Numbered from the stretch's first letter, positions 49,634 through 63,964 are shown. The stretch is 64,000 nt of DNA from Calcarisporiella thermophila CBS 279.70 (GCF_041956535.1 NW_027192212.1:65153-129152); one strand, 5' to 3'. Numbers and translations are program-made. Notes: generated from the sequence alone by a model not told the origin.

Positions 49634-50703
49634 TTATAGGGAGGACCAGAAATGGCTGCCATTGCTGAGGAGCTGGTAGCTCGAGCGCACCTCCGCCGCC
49701 TGATGATAGCCATCGCTGAACCAGACAACGATGCCCTCGCGATACTCCTTGCGCCAGACCACGCCCCGGAACTGGAAGTGCCAGAAGGACCAGAAGGCGG
49801 TCAGAAAGGCCCCGCTCATCGCCCCCCAGAAGAGGATGTGGGTGACGGGGGGGAGGGCCTCTCGCTCCATGTGCCCCTCCGTGGCGTGGTAGAGCAGGAA
49901 GGTGAGGCGCTTGTATCCCTCCCAGACCACGACCCACCCCGTGGACGCGCCCAGCATGCACCAGCTCCGGTAGTAGCCTAGGGTCCCGTTGATGTCGCTG
50001 CGGGTCAGAAACTCCCACACCACGATGCTGAGCGGGTCGCGCCGCTCCACCAGGACCGCCAGATAGAGCAGAAATGCTCCCCTCGAGGCCCAATGCGGCA
50101 GATTTCCAACCTCCACCGAAAGCTGGGGCGGAGGATACACCCAGAATAGCAGCGCCCATCCGCTCAGAATCATGTGGAGCCCATAGATGATTCCAAAGCG
50201 CTCGAGGTAGATCCACGATTTGAGGTGGGCAACCAGGAATCCCGTGAGCAGCACACTCGCCGAGAAGTGGAAAAACTGGGCAAACACCTTCATGTTGGCC
50301 GGATTCGGGGCGAGGGCAAGCGTGTTATAGAGGTGGAGAAGGATAATGGAGATAAGAAGGCAGAACGTATATCCACTGAATGTGGCCTCTCTATCGATCG
50401 CAAAGAGAAGAAGAGCAGGGCGTGAGCAGAGATGGAACACCAAGGGCCACTATGGTCCGGAGCGCATACTTACATTACTTTCCCGCTTCTGAGGAATCGC
50501 TCCTCCCTTTTCTTCTTTTTCTCGCCGTGGGTGCCGTTAGGTTGGGTGTGCGCATGCGCACCATTCTCATCCCCGGTGCCGTGGTGCCGCGGGCGATGCG
50601 GTTTCCTCGGTGACGCCGAGGGCGGAAGGGCATCTGGCTTGGAGTGGGGGGTTTTGGGTTGGTAGGTTTCCGCCGTGGAGTAGCCGTTGTGGAATTTGCT
50701 CAT
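49634..50703 (-). CDS. Hypothetical multi-pass membrane protein, 2 exons (intron ~50392-50473)
   Basis: ORF 50470-50703 joins ORF 49634-50443 in frame via GTAAGT..TAG (KV-I-EATF). About 6 hydrophobic segments and GC3-rich codons. Confidence 0.75.
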
Positions 50704-51331
50704 TCTTCCACGCTATGACGTATTGAGTGGGAGAGGGAGAGGGAGAGGGAGAGGCGGGGAGGAGGGGGAGAAGAGGGGAGGGAGGGGATGCCGACGACAG
50801 TTGGGATGATGGGCGGCGGAATGGAGATGGAAACCAACTGAGAAGAAATCTTCTAACAAAGTAAGATCAAAACCAAAACAAGAAGTTTTTTGAACCTATT
50901 TCTTAAAGGCTTTTTAGAATTTTCAGCGTACAATTTTTTTTTTGGGTCCCTATTATATTCACATGTGGTTGTGACGGCTCCCTTCACGTCTATCTCCTTT
51001 TTTATACTATTGTTTCAAATCCAAAGGGGATTTGAGTTATTGCGCGGTGGATGGTGTGAAAATGTTCCATTTCACGTAATGCAAACGCGGGGGTGCCATT
51101 CTTGGAAGCGCTTCCCCTCGAAGCCCAGAGGCATCTTCCTAGCGGCAATGCAGCCCGAAATGGGGGGCCATATTCCCTTGCGGCCTGCTGTTTTTCGTTA
51201 CCAGCAGAATATAGAAGGCTGTGCTTGTACTTGTGCTCGGCAAATAAACCAGTATATTACGTAAATAGAAATAAACGAAGCAAGCAGGAAAACAAAAACA
51301 AATATACCAAAGAAAATGGAATGATGGATTT

Positions 51332-52779
51332 TTAGTCTTTTGCGTCGCCGATACCATCATTATGGATGGCAAATACCGCCTCAGCCTCGGGTAGGCACGG
51401 CGAGTCGTACACCTTACACACGCGCGTTTCTCCTCGCCCCTTGCGAAGATAAAGCCTACAATAAATAGAACTTTCAGCGCTCGCTGCATCTCCGTAGAGC
51501 GAATAAGTCTTGCTAACCTAGTAGTGGATGCGTGTGCCATAATGTTTCCTCCAATCGGTTTTTTCGGATCGGCATTGAACATAGCCGCCGCCCCATCCAC
51601 CTGGGCGACGACTTGGTTTGTGATCACGACAGCAACGCCAAACTCATCGGCTAGCCGCATGAGATTCCGGAGGAAGCGGGCAAGATGCATCTGCCGTGCA
51701 GAGAGTTCTCCACGCCCGGAAAAGTCGGTACGGTAGAGTGCGGTAGCGCTGTCCACAATCAGCAGGGCAAACCTATGGTCGAGCGGAGGGCGCATTTAGT
51801 GCACTGCGTCAGTGCATTTTGATATATATCGTTATGACATACCGTGATTCGGCCATCATTGCAGAAGCCTGGATCAATAAACTCGTCTGATGGTCGGAAT
51901 TGTAGGCTCTCGCATAGGCAATGTTGTCGAGCACGCTTTCCCCATTCAGTCCAAATCTAAGAGTCAAATATGTAGTGGGTGTAAGCTGCACATACGCAAA
52001 CTCTCACTTCTTACCTCTCTGCAATAGAGAGAATGCGCGAGGGGCGAAACGTTCCTTCAGTATCAATATACAGACATTTGCCCTCTCCTCCACCCATATC
52101 AACTGGAAGCTGGCAGGTTACAGCCAGGGAATGACATAATTGTGACTTTCCAGTACGGAATTCACCAAAGAGCTCCGTAATAGAACCGGTTTCGATTCCT
52201 CCTACAATAGCGCATACATGCAACTCAGCATTAACGATCTTATATTAGTGAAGAATAATCAATCATACCACCAAGTAATTTATCCAGTTCTTTTGATCCA
52301 GTGGAGATAGTGATCAATTCGCTGCGACGCTGGTGGAATTCCGTTGCCGTTGTAAAGCCAAGAGGAACAAGCTTTGATGCTGATTATATTGAGCAAAAGA
52401 AGATCGGGAAATGAATTAGGTATAGATTGATCCAGAAAAGTAATGAAAAACTGTAAATAATGCATACCTTCGGATAAGATCTTGTCTGCTTTGGCTTCGG
52501 AGATACCCTTTATGTTAATCAAGTCCTTACGTGGAGAGAAAGCGACTGATTCAACCGTGTTGAAGCCCGCTTCGACAAGCTTCTTAATGTCTGAAGCACC
52601 TATTCCGAACTCCTATTAATTTTATATATATATATGGATAAGCAGACTGTTATAAAGTTAAAGATTTGTACACAATAGGCCACCTCGAGCTTCTGAATGT
52701 GAATGGGGCCAGTTAAGCCCTCTTCCTCCTCCATGTTGTGTTGGTCTTGATGCTCTTCTTCAACTTGTGCTGACCTCAT
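51332..52779 (-). CDS. RAD51: Rad51 recombinase, multi-exon
   Basis: [11 protein letters not shown], Walker [15 protein letters not shown] and [18 protein letters not shown]. Confidence 0.97.
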
Positions 52780-53598
52780 TGTGTTTATGCTGTGGATATA
52801 TGCTGATTAAATGATTTGATCAGAAGGGGAGCGTCTTTGGCACAGAATGATTCGTGGAGATTTTGAAAAAAATGTCAAGTTCTCTTTGAAAATAAAAATA
52901 AACTGGAAAAAGAGCGAAAAAAATTCTTGACGCAAAAATTTTTGACTGTTATTGGCGATTTTTGGTGACGAATTGTTAGTCGACGCCAAATGTGGCTTAG
53001 ATTGGCCTAATAATTGGTCAAAACCTGCCTAATTGTATGTGAAACTCCAGCCATTACAGTGCATCCATACCGTAATTAAACAAGTGAAATTGAACGTGTC
53101 CCTCCCCTGCACTGTAAATTTGCGTTCTTTTAGGGTGTTGAAAAGTGCTGCTTCGAAATGCTAATCGGTTTATCCTCTGAACATTCTCCAGGCTCAAAAA
53201 GTGTGATCCTGTTCATGCATATAGAGAGGCACTACCTAATCTAGAGAATTTCGATTTTTGCACTGAAAAAACATCACTTAGCACTAGACTCTGGAACCCC
53301 CCCTTTAAATTCTTGGTTTATCCTTCAACAGTTCATTTACTTCTTAAATCGTATAGACAATAAAAGTTCAAAAGCTACCGTATGAGCGCAATGAAAAACT
53401 AGGGTGTGCTGAAATGCTTAAGGCTGTACTCAAAGGACCGCAGGAGAAAATGGCATGGCTATCAATTTTGGCTGAATGGAAGAGAGCTGTATATCCAAAT
53501 TCTATCCTCAAATGGGCTCAGAACAATAAATAAGACGGGCATTTTATATGGGAATATATATTTGTACAATGAATAGCTATGTATCTGCGTATTCTCCA

Positions 53599-54452
53599 CT
53601 ATTTCATCTCTATCTCCTTATTCCCCTCATTTTCATTCTCCACTTCCATTGCATTTTTGGTCCCTGCCCGTTTCTCTGTAGTCTGTCGCACCTGGGACAC
53701 AATGTTTGCAATATGGCCAGGATCACGATAGCGCTCTATCCGCAATTGTGACAAGAAGTTGACGTCGCCATCCCAAGCCCGCAATTTCTTAACATTTTTG
53801 GGGATGGTAAGATCGGGAATATCTACAAAAATTGTAACAAATAAGCTCAGGGAAGAACAATGTCGAGCAAGCTGAAGATAGTTACCAAGCCCAGAAATAT
53901 ACTCTTGACGCTCCTTTTTGATAAGTGCTTCTAAGAGATCTTCTCGAGGGGATTTGGGCCGGCCTTCGCGGCGTGTTGATTGTAGTTCTTTCAATTCTTC
54001 ATTGTGTCTGTTCAAGTACCTAAAGAGCAAAATACATTACATCAATCTCTATCATTATGGAGGTGAAAGACAGTTTGCAATAAACCCACATCTCGATCAG
54101 GTCATGCACCTCCGACTTGGATAGACAGGCGACCTCTTCATCCATTGCATATCGAAACCATAAGTACCGTTCCACTATCAATGCTCTTAAATTAGACGCT
54201 CAGTATTATCAAGTAATCCTAATAATGTCATTACCTAATGGATTTTTCCCTGTGATTCTCTCGCTCCGCTTTTTCTCGAGTCGATCCACTCGCATATATG
54301 CTCGGTTCACCTGATTTGCCTTGCGAGAATTAGGATGAAGCGCCTCCTTTCCTTTGATTGTTTTGAGCGTATGGCGCTTATTATTTGGCTAACGATACAG
54401 AGAGGGAATTTAGCTAGCAACATTGGCGAAATGATAAGTTAAAACTGACCAT
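53599..54452 (-). CDS. TMA16: Translation machinery-associated protein 16
   Basis: Spliced M|PNNK..HPNSRKA, YLNRH.EEL, RREGRPKS.RE, IPDLT and WDGD. Confidence 0.85.
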
Positions 54453-54660
54453 GGTGGTTTTGGCTATACTTTTAGGTATTTGGAAATAACTTAGGTCAAT
54501 TTTAATAGTCCTAAGATTGTTTATTTGTGATCTGCGAATAAACCAGTCACACCCATAACAAACTACTTCAATAGTATCCTGAAAATACTGCTACAATAAA
54601 GGAATTTTATTTGCAAAGAAATGTTAAAAAAAAACAATAGAAAAGCACAAGAGGGTGAAT

Positions 54661-55630
54661 TTAGAAGACTATAAGTGTAGAAAAGAGGAGAAAAATTACG
54701 AGATTACTAGAGATAATCGTTGATTGCGCTATTAATTTTTACTTACCGGAACCGGCGCTAGAAGCGATACGTGGCCACAAGTCAGCGCACTCCTTACCGA
54801 CAGGACCGGTAATTGCGGAGCCCTTCATTTCACCCTTGGGGTTGATGATAACGCCAGCATTGTCTATAAGGGTTTAGCAGAGGAGAAAGCATTAATATAT
54901 TGTGGTGCAAAAGGTTGAAAAATAAAGCATATCTACCCTCAAAGTAGATGAAGACACCGTCGCGTCGGCGCCATGCCTTGCGCTGGCGAATAATGACAGC
55001 GGGCATAACTAAGAAAATCACCCATTGTATAAATCAGCACTCAAGTTGAGTCGACGGAAAACTTCAGACTTACCCTTCTTCCTCAACTCGGGTTTACCCT
55101 TCTTCACGGTAGCCATAACCATGTCTCCAACACCAGCAGCAGGAAGACGGTTCAAGCGGCCTTTAATGCCCTTAACCGCAATAATGTACAAGTTCTTCGC
55201 ACCAGAGTTATCTGCACAGTTAACGACAGCGCCGACGGGAAGACCGAGCGTCATGCGCAGTTTGTTACCGGATGCTAACATAGAAGACAGACATACATGA
55301 GATGGCATTCTTAGCATCACATCGCGAATTGCATTATTACTTACCACCACCGCGACCTGAAAAAGCGAGTGAGCAGAGCAAAAGCGAATTAAGAATAAGT
55401 TAGCTTCCAAGAATATAAAATAATAGATAGTCCCAAACAAAAAGAGCAGCGATCCAATCGTTCGATGATACAGAAACTATCATTGCTTGAGATCGTGATC
55501 GGATTTGATATGGTAAAAAATACGCACCTCTCTAAAATAAAGAATTTGAAGAGTATTAGCAACAAAAATTACTCTAGCATCCATCCATCCATTCATCCAT
55601 CACTATTCTCAATATCTTTACCTTAGACAT
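54661..55630 (-). CDS. RPL23: 60S ribosomal protein uL14 (Rpl23), with micro-exons
   Basis: Spliced MSK|RG|RGGA|[28 protein letters not shown]...[12 protein letters not shown]|VF*. Confidence 0.96.
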
Positions 55631-55845
55631 GTTGGCAACTCAAAAATAAATTTATCAAAAGCTAAGTATTGCGGATAGGAAGGAGGAAAGAGGAGGATTA
55701 TTGCTTCAAAGTGAGTTACGTCTTGTCGAATTAGATTTCAGAAAAATCTTATACCTTTGATTGTCATCGTATATTTTTTCTACGGTACTGTTGATTCAAG
55801 TCCAGCTCTCTTTCTCCCTTTCAGTAGCACTTGAAGGATGGGAAA

Positions 55846-56209
55846 ATGAGAGCCATCAAAGGTAAATTATATAGGATATTATATATTAGCATACTCGATC
55901 TATAAATCATTTTTGTTAATTTTATAATCTACTCTTTTCTAGGAATTCTAATCGAATGGTATATCTATATATTTTCCAAGCATTCCATTTTCTTATCAAA
56001 TAATAACACGCTTCTTTCTACTCTTGCTCTTTACCAGCGATCCAACTGTTAAACAGGTTATTCTTAATCTCAGTGATCGTGATCGCTTTCTAATCCAAGA
56101 TCTTGACGACCAGCACCTTTTTATTGATGCCACCTGGCTCGATAGAATAAGATACGAGGTTGAACAACTGCTGGATGAAAACACATACAAGCTGGATGTT
56201 GCTACTTGA
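55846..56209 (+). CDS. TFB5: TFIIH subunit Tfb5, 3 exons
   Basis: Spliced MRAIKG|ILIEC|DPTVKQ..FLIQDLDDQHLFI..LLDENTY. Confidence 0.9.
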
Positions 56210-56827
56210 ATGCAGATACCCGTAGAAATGAAAATAAGTAGTTCAAGGCTCTTGCTCATGTATATCCAACCCCTTGTGATTTTGTATATATATACCCATT
56301 TTTTAATTTGTTCAAAGCCTATATCTTATTGGAATGCGCGAAGAGTAGGCTGGTGTTGGAACTATACATTTGCGTTTGAGTCTGAACTATTTTGGAAACT
56401 CGCAAAACAATGCTAACGAGCTAGTCAAAGCAAATAAATGTCATATATTAATTGAATAGTTGCGCTTATATTCTCTTTGTCGTGTTGTTCGATTAAAGAA
56501 AAATTAAAGAACTATGCCCATATCCATTTTGGGCCCAAGTATTTCCTAAATGCTGCTTTTCCAAGGTTAATATCGCATTATGAGCTCTCAATTAAAAGGT
56601 GCTATTTTTAATATTAAATATTAAAATTACCATTAAATTTTAATGGTAGTGTTGCTGCGCCACTTTATCTTTGAAACCCTCCTGAACAATCACATTAGGG
56701 AGGCCCATACAACAAATTAATTATTTTAATCCAGATTGAGTGTTCGATCATAATCACATTTCACTTGATCACTTCGTGATCTATGCCAATCGTTGAAATT
56801 ATACAGTAGATTCTAATAACTGGCTGA

Positions 56828-58408
<1,581 letters not shown>

Positions 58409-58617
58409 AGTCTATCGCCCTCATCATCCTTCCTATTTTTGTTGCTTTGTATTCTAGTTCCTTTTTTTCTTTCCTCCTTCAAATTCTTCGTTTCTCCTTA
58501 TTACAGTCGATGCTTTTGAGATATTTTATTATTATTACAGTTGCTCTTGGATAATCACATGAAATAAAGCTAAAGCATTCTATTCTCTATGTTGGCAATA
58601 CATTAAGCGCCCTCAAA

Positions 58618-60156
58618 TTAGGCCCTATTTCTCTGGATGATATCAAGCATTTCTTCCACGCTTGTGACTTTCTCTCTGGGTTTTCCGACCTGCTCTCCCC
58701 TCTCAAACTCCAGAGCTTCCAAGGCTCTCCAATCCGAGTACGATACCGGCTTAATTCCTTTCGCCTGGAGTAAGGGCAAGATGCTCTCAGCTCCCTTCTT
58801 TTCTTCCCTTGAAGCCGTCAATGTCTCCTGATCCTGTACTATTGATTCAGCGGTCTCGTACGCGTCATGCATTGTAGTTGCAATAACTCCGGTTGGACCA
58901 CGCTTAAGCCATCCAGAAGTGTATAAACCTGGTATCTAAACGAATAGAGATGTGTTTAGAAAGAGGATAAGGTTGAATGGGAGTGTGCGGCTGCTTACAA
59001 TTTTGCCGTCCTCAACGATTCTCCCCCGCTCGTTTGGAATTCTTCCACGCTTAATATCAAACGGTGTATCTTCCAATGGGACACTCTTGTATCCAATACT
59101 TCTCAAGATCAGCTGTGCATTCAACTCATCGGACTCGCCCGTAGGTTCAGCTTTGGCCTTGGTTGGGTCGTCTCCTATTAAGCGGTTGACGTCCATCTTC
59201 ACACCACGCGCATGTCCCTGAGAATCAAGCAGAATTTCGCGAGGGCTTCGCAAAAATTTGAGCTCCCACTGACGTGAACCTGTAGCAGCGCCTCCCTTTT
59301 CTAGAAGAGACATCAGGCGCTTTATAGGCCGATTCTTCGAGAGAAACTCGGCATGGTTTTGCAGCTCCGCGTGCAAAAGCTCCCGGTCTAAAACAAGCGG
59401 ATAGCGCATCATTTCACGTAGCTCTTTAGCTGTGAATGCGACCTGCAATGGGCCTCTTCTTCCTACTATAACTACCCGCTTTACATTGCTGGCCCTTAAA
59501 GCTTTTAGAGCGTGCTCAGTCACGTCGGTTTTCGCAACCTCCTCCACCGGCATTAATAGCAATCTCGCGACATCCAGTGCGACATTGCCCATTCCCACCA
59601 CTGCCACGGTTTCCACTCTTTCCAAATCTATTGGGAGATCTCTGTGTTCTGGAAGCCCATTATACCATCCCACGAAGGCTCGAGCTGAAAACACGCCTGG
59701 AGCAGATTCATTTGGGATGCCGAGATGGGTGTCTTGGGAAGCGCCATAGGCAAGAATGGTCGCATGGTAAGCGGAGCGAAGTTGGGAAAGTGGCAGAGAA
59801 TGGGACGCAACGAGCACATTGCCATAGAATGAAAAGCGGGGATCACCAGCAACCTCGTCAAATCGATTCATGCAGTTCTGGATACATCTCACATATCGAG
59901 TTAGGCGAGTTTATATTAAGCAAAACAAATTAAATTCTACCTTAACTTCCGGATGATCCGGCGCAACCCCGTAACGTACCAGGCCATGTGGTACGGGTAG
60001 AGCTTCGTACATATCAATCTGCGCGCTCGGGATCTCCTTCAGCAGCTTCTGCGCAGTATAGAAGCCTGCCGGTCCACTTCCCACTATCGCAAGTCGCAGG
60101 GGAGATGTGATAGAAGATGAAAATGCGCGGAGCAACTGGAACTTTACTGACAACAT
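58618..60156 (-). CDS. ARH1: Mitochondrial NADPH:adrenodoxin (ferredoxin) reductase, 3 exons
   Basis: GSGPAG, GLVRYGVAPDHPEVK, GMGNVALDVAR, GRRGP and GWLKRGPTGVI. Confidence 0.94.
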
Positions 60157-60459
60157 CCCTAAACCCAACTTGCAAATGAAGAGGAAGTTGTCGAGGAGGT
60201 TTATAATGGTGTCTCCTAATCTCACGTAAGCTTTAAAAATTGAGGGGAAATCAAAGGCAGTCATAAGTGACTGCCAATTAATGTTGTTTGTTTACAACCG
60301 TCACAGGGAACATTCATTTGGGTAATCGACGTTTATTCAAGAGATTGCTCACAGCTAGTATTCCATATATTAAAGCTATAGAGATTGATTTTGGGCAAAA
60401 TCAATTAATTCAATTGTCATCAGATCTACTTTTTCACTCGTTCCATACATATTCATATC

Positions 60460-61989
60460 ATGCCAAAAATCCGTCCCACCCAGAAGCAGAGACACGATCC
60501 TCTACATGTGCAGCTTGACTCAACAAAAAATCCATCGACTCGTCCCACATCTCGGAGTAAATTTGCAGCACGAAGTGAAGCGCGCAATGCTGTTCAAGAT
60601 TCTACATACGTCGATGCTAAACTCTCAAAGAAGATTCTAAAGATCGCGCGGGAGCAGCAGGATGAAATTGAGGCAGAAGAAATGAGCGATGAGGAAGAGG
60701 AAGAGGTGAAAAATGAGAGGGCCACAGAACGAGTTCACTCTATTCGGGATCTATTTGATAGTGACAATGAGGAGGATGTAAAGGAAGATTACGAGGAACT
60801 CGAGGGAGGCGATGAAGAGATCGAAGAACTCGAGCTTGATGAAAAAGATCAAGAAATTCTTGAAGCTTTTATGCCCGCAGCACCGCGTGCACGGAGAACT
60901 CTCGCAGACCTAATTATGGAGAAAATAGAGGCTCAGCGAGGGTCAAATAAGGACTTACACGGGGAAGAGGAAGCAGAGGGAGAAGAGGGCGAGAGGGCCA
61001 TGCCACCTGGAATGAATCCTAAAGTAGTAGAGGTGTATACTAAGTAAGTATCATAATTGCAGTTATAGGTGCCTATTTCTGCCTAAATTTTGAAACTAGC
61101 CAATCTACATTTACCATTGATTTGCTAAAATATTGTTTTTCATTTTCAGAGTAGGAACCCTCCTATCCAGATACAAGTCCGGAAAACTGCCCAAAGCTTT
61201 CAAAATTATCCCATCCCTCCCCAACTGGGAAGAAATTCTCTATATCACCGTCCCTGAACAGTGGACCCCCCATGCGACCTATGAAGCCACCCGTATCTTT
61301 GTTGCTAATCTTAAAGTTCGCCAAGTTCAAAAGTTCTTCTCCTTCGTGCTCCTGGATCGTGTGCGTGATGACATTCAAGAGAACAAAAAACTGAATTACC
61401 ACCTGTATATGGCACTGAAAAAAGCCATGTTTAAACCCGCGGCCTTTTTCAAGGGTGTCCTTTTCCCCCTCTGTGAAAGCGGCACATGTACTCTGAAAGA
61501 GGCGGCCATTATTGGAAGCGTTTTGACGAAGGTTTCCGTACCTGTGCTACACTCCAGTGCTGCATTATTACGTTTGGCAGAAATGGATTACACAGGTAAG
61601 TTGAATCTGTGAGCATGGGGAAATTTTGGCCCTTTTTGACTGATCCGCTATTCCTGGTTTGCTTAGGACCGAATTCTCTGTTCATTCGCGTCTTACTCGA
61701 TAAGAAATATGCCCTTCCCTACAAGGTGGTTGATGCGCTTGTGCACCATTTTATCCGCTTCCGTACCGACTCTCGTACAATGCCTGTCCTCTGGCATCAA
61801 GCATTGCTTGTGTTTGTGCAGAGATATAAGCAGGATTTGACACCTGAACAAAAGGAAGCATTACTTGAGCTGCTACGACACAAGAGTCATGAACTTATCA
61901 CTCCTGAAATTCGTCGTGAGATCGCTAATTCGGTTGCGCGTGGGGACATAATAGGCGAAGCTGATGATATCATGATGGACGATTTTTAA
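60460..61989 (+). CDS. ENP1: Bystin/Enp1 pre-40S factor, 3 exons
   Basis: [43 protein letters not shown] and LWHQ. Confidence 0.96.
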
Positions 61990-62197
61990 AATTTTAATTC
62001 GTTTTTTTTCCTTTGTTTATTCTTTTCTACTTTTTTTTTTACACGTATACTATTTTATCATAGTACTTTTTATTTTATTGAAATAAAATAAAGAAAATAT
62101 ATCACACATAACCAGCGCTACTTCAAAAAAAGGCAAAAGCAATACAATATTAAGTTATATATAACGGCATATAATTCTATAGAGTATACCAAGTATT

Positions 62198-63218
62198 TTA
62201 GCCAATTGTCCGGCCAACTCCACCTGCAGTAGAGACCAGCTCGTCAATCAAAGACCTTAACCTCCTTCTCTGTTGCGAAGCACGTAACACGTCCCCTGGC
62301 TTCAGCTCCCACATCTCATCCCTGGGCTGCGAGGTTAGTAGTCGTTGGACGAGGACGTCAGTAAAAGAAATCACAAAAACCCCACAATCGCTACCGTTGT
62401 TTTGCTGGGGTGTTCTCATATTCTTAAACTTTGCATCTGAGAGATTAATGAGCATTTATGTACGGTATGGGCTGAAAAATGCAGCTAAGAAATGACCCTA
62501 CCCCATACCAGATCAAACGTTGAATATGCATATTTTCTTATTAAAGGCCCCCCTCTTACTCCCAACAATTGACAAAATCTATTTGCAGTGCGCTGGGCAT
62601 GATGCTCATTGTAGTCGTTCATCGAGTCGTAATGATAAAAAACCCGGGTGGGTCGATAGAATACCAGAAGTGACCAGTGTGAGCCACCTGCGCGATGGCC
62701 ATCGTTGTTATCGTTAATAGGAATAAAGAGTACGGTGGACCTAGAAATGGCGGGAGGCAATGCTGAAACGAAGTCGGTGGTATCTGGTAAAATAATTCAA
62801 GCAAAAAAAAGGTTATAGGGATAATGGTAAATAAAATATAATGCAATGGGAATCTCCAACATGATAACGAAAATTAAATAGTTAAAACTAGCCTTTTGCG
62901 TGGGAGATCAGGTGCACCATCCCTGGTCTTAATAAGAGGATATGACTATTTTCACCCAGTACTGTTCGCTCTAGCCACCTAGGAATAAGAATAACTTATT
63001 AACAATAAGAGACTCAGAATGAGATCCGGCTGCCTGGCATACTCATAATAGAACTCGATGATGGTATCATTGATCCAATCATTGGTATCAAGTAATTTCA
63101 CATCCTATATAATGAAACTATAAACCAAAAATCTGCAGGTAAAGGATGAACAATGGGAGCAATTAACCTCTCTTCTTAAGATAACATCGTGGTAATGTAA
63201 TATATATTCGTTGGGCAT
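62198..63218 (-). CDS. NEDD8-specific protease SENP8/DEN1 (C48 family), multi-exon
   Basis: Spliced YHDVILRRE|D..LL...WINDTIIEFYYE, plus FIPINDN, GGSHWSLL, HYDS and PQQNNGSDCG. Confidence 0.9.
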
Positions 63219-63702
63219 TGTTTTTCAATATTCTCAAAAGGGGTAAAAGTTTGAAGAAAAGGGTTTCCTGCGGCTTGTAATAGAAGCTTCAAATTAGAAC
63301 GGTGGCAAAAGCTTCTAGACAGATTGGGAGAACTTCCCGAAGCAAAATTAGGAGATTGAGACAGGATAAAAGCACCTAAGGAAATCTCTGACGGTTGAAA
63401 CCCAAAGAGTGACAATTGGTCGCTGGTATCTGCTTGTGGACGGAAAGCCCGTCTATAATACGACCATACCTATGCCTCTTTTGATAATTTAGCCTGCATA
63501 TCCTCGCTATCTTGAACATACTTTGATAAAGCTAACCGATTGTATCCCTGGCAATCATTGATTTAATGTAGCAAACTTTAAACAGACCATTCAAACGCGT
63601 ATTGGTATTCTTGTGAATAAATTCAAATGTGCCCATAACTATTAGACAAATAATGAGATAGATTTTTTCCTTCAGGCGCAAAACTTTATGTAGGGCACTT
63701 AG

Positions 63703-63739
63703 TTTTATAAACGTTTTATATTATAAAACGTTTATAAAA
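63703..63739. repeat. Perfect 18-bp inverted repeat with 1-nt spacer
   Basis: TTTTATAAACGTTTTATA-T-TATAAAACGTTTATAAAA. Confidence 0.9.
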
Positions 63740-63785
63740 AACATCGAGCATAGTGAAACTTGGAATTGAAACATTAGGGTTCTTA

Positions 63786-63964
63786 CTAGGGTTGTAAAAA
63801 ATACCGCTAAAATATAAAAAATACAAAATTTGTTTTTATATTTTATCGGTATCTATAATATAGATTTTGGAAACTTTCCAAAAACTCCCCAAACAGCTTT
63901 AGCCAATTATCCTAATGAGGACTTTTTGTAGGGAGGAATTTAGCAAAATTATCGAAAACCCTAG
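63786..63964. mobile_element. Possible MITE-like element with short terminal inverted repeats and an internal hairpin
   Basis: CTAGGGTT...AACCCTAG ends and an internal inverted repeat at 63803-63850. No TSD seen. Confidence 0.4.

Noticed and set aside
63776-63795. TTAGGG/CTAGGG words resembling telomere repeats
   Set aside because: Only two non-tandem copies, so this is not an array.
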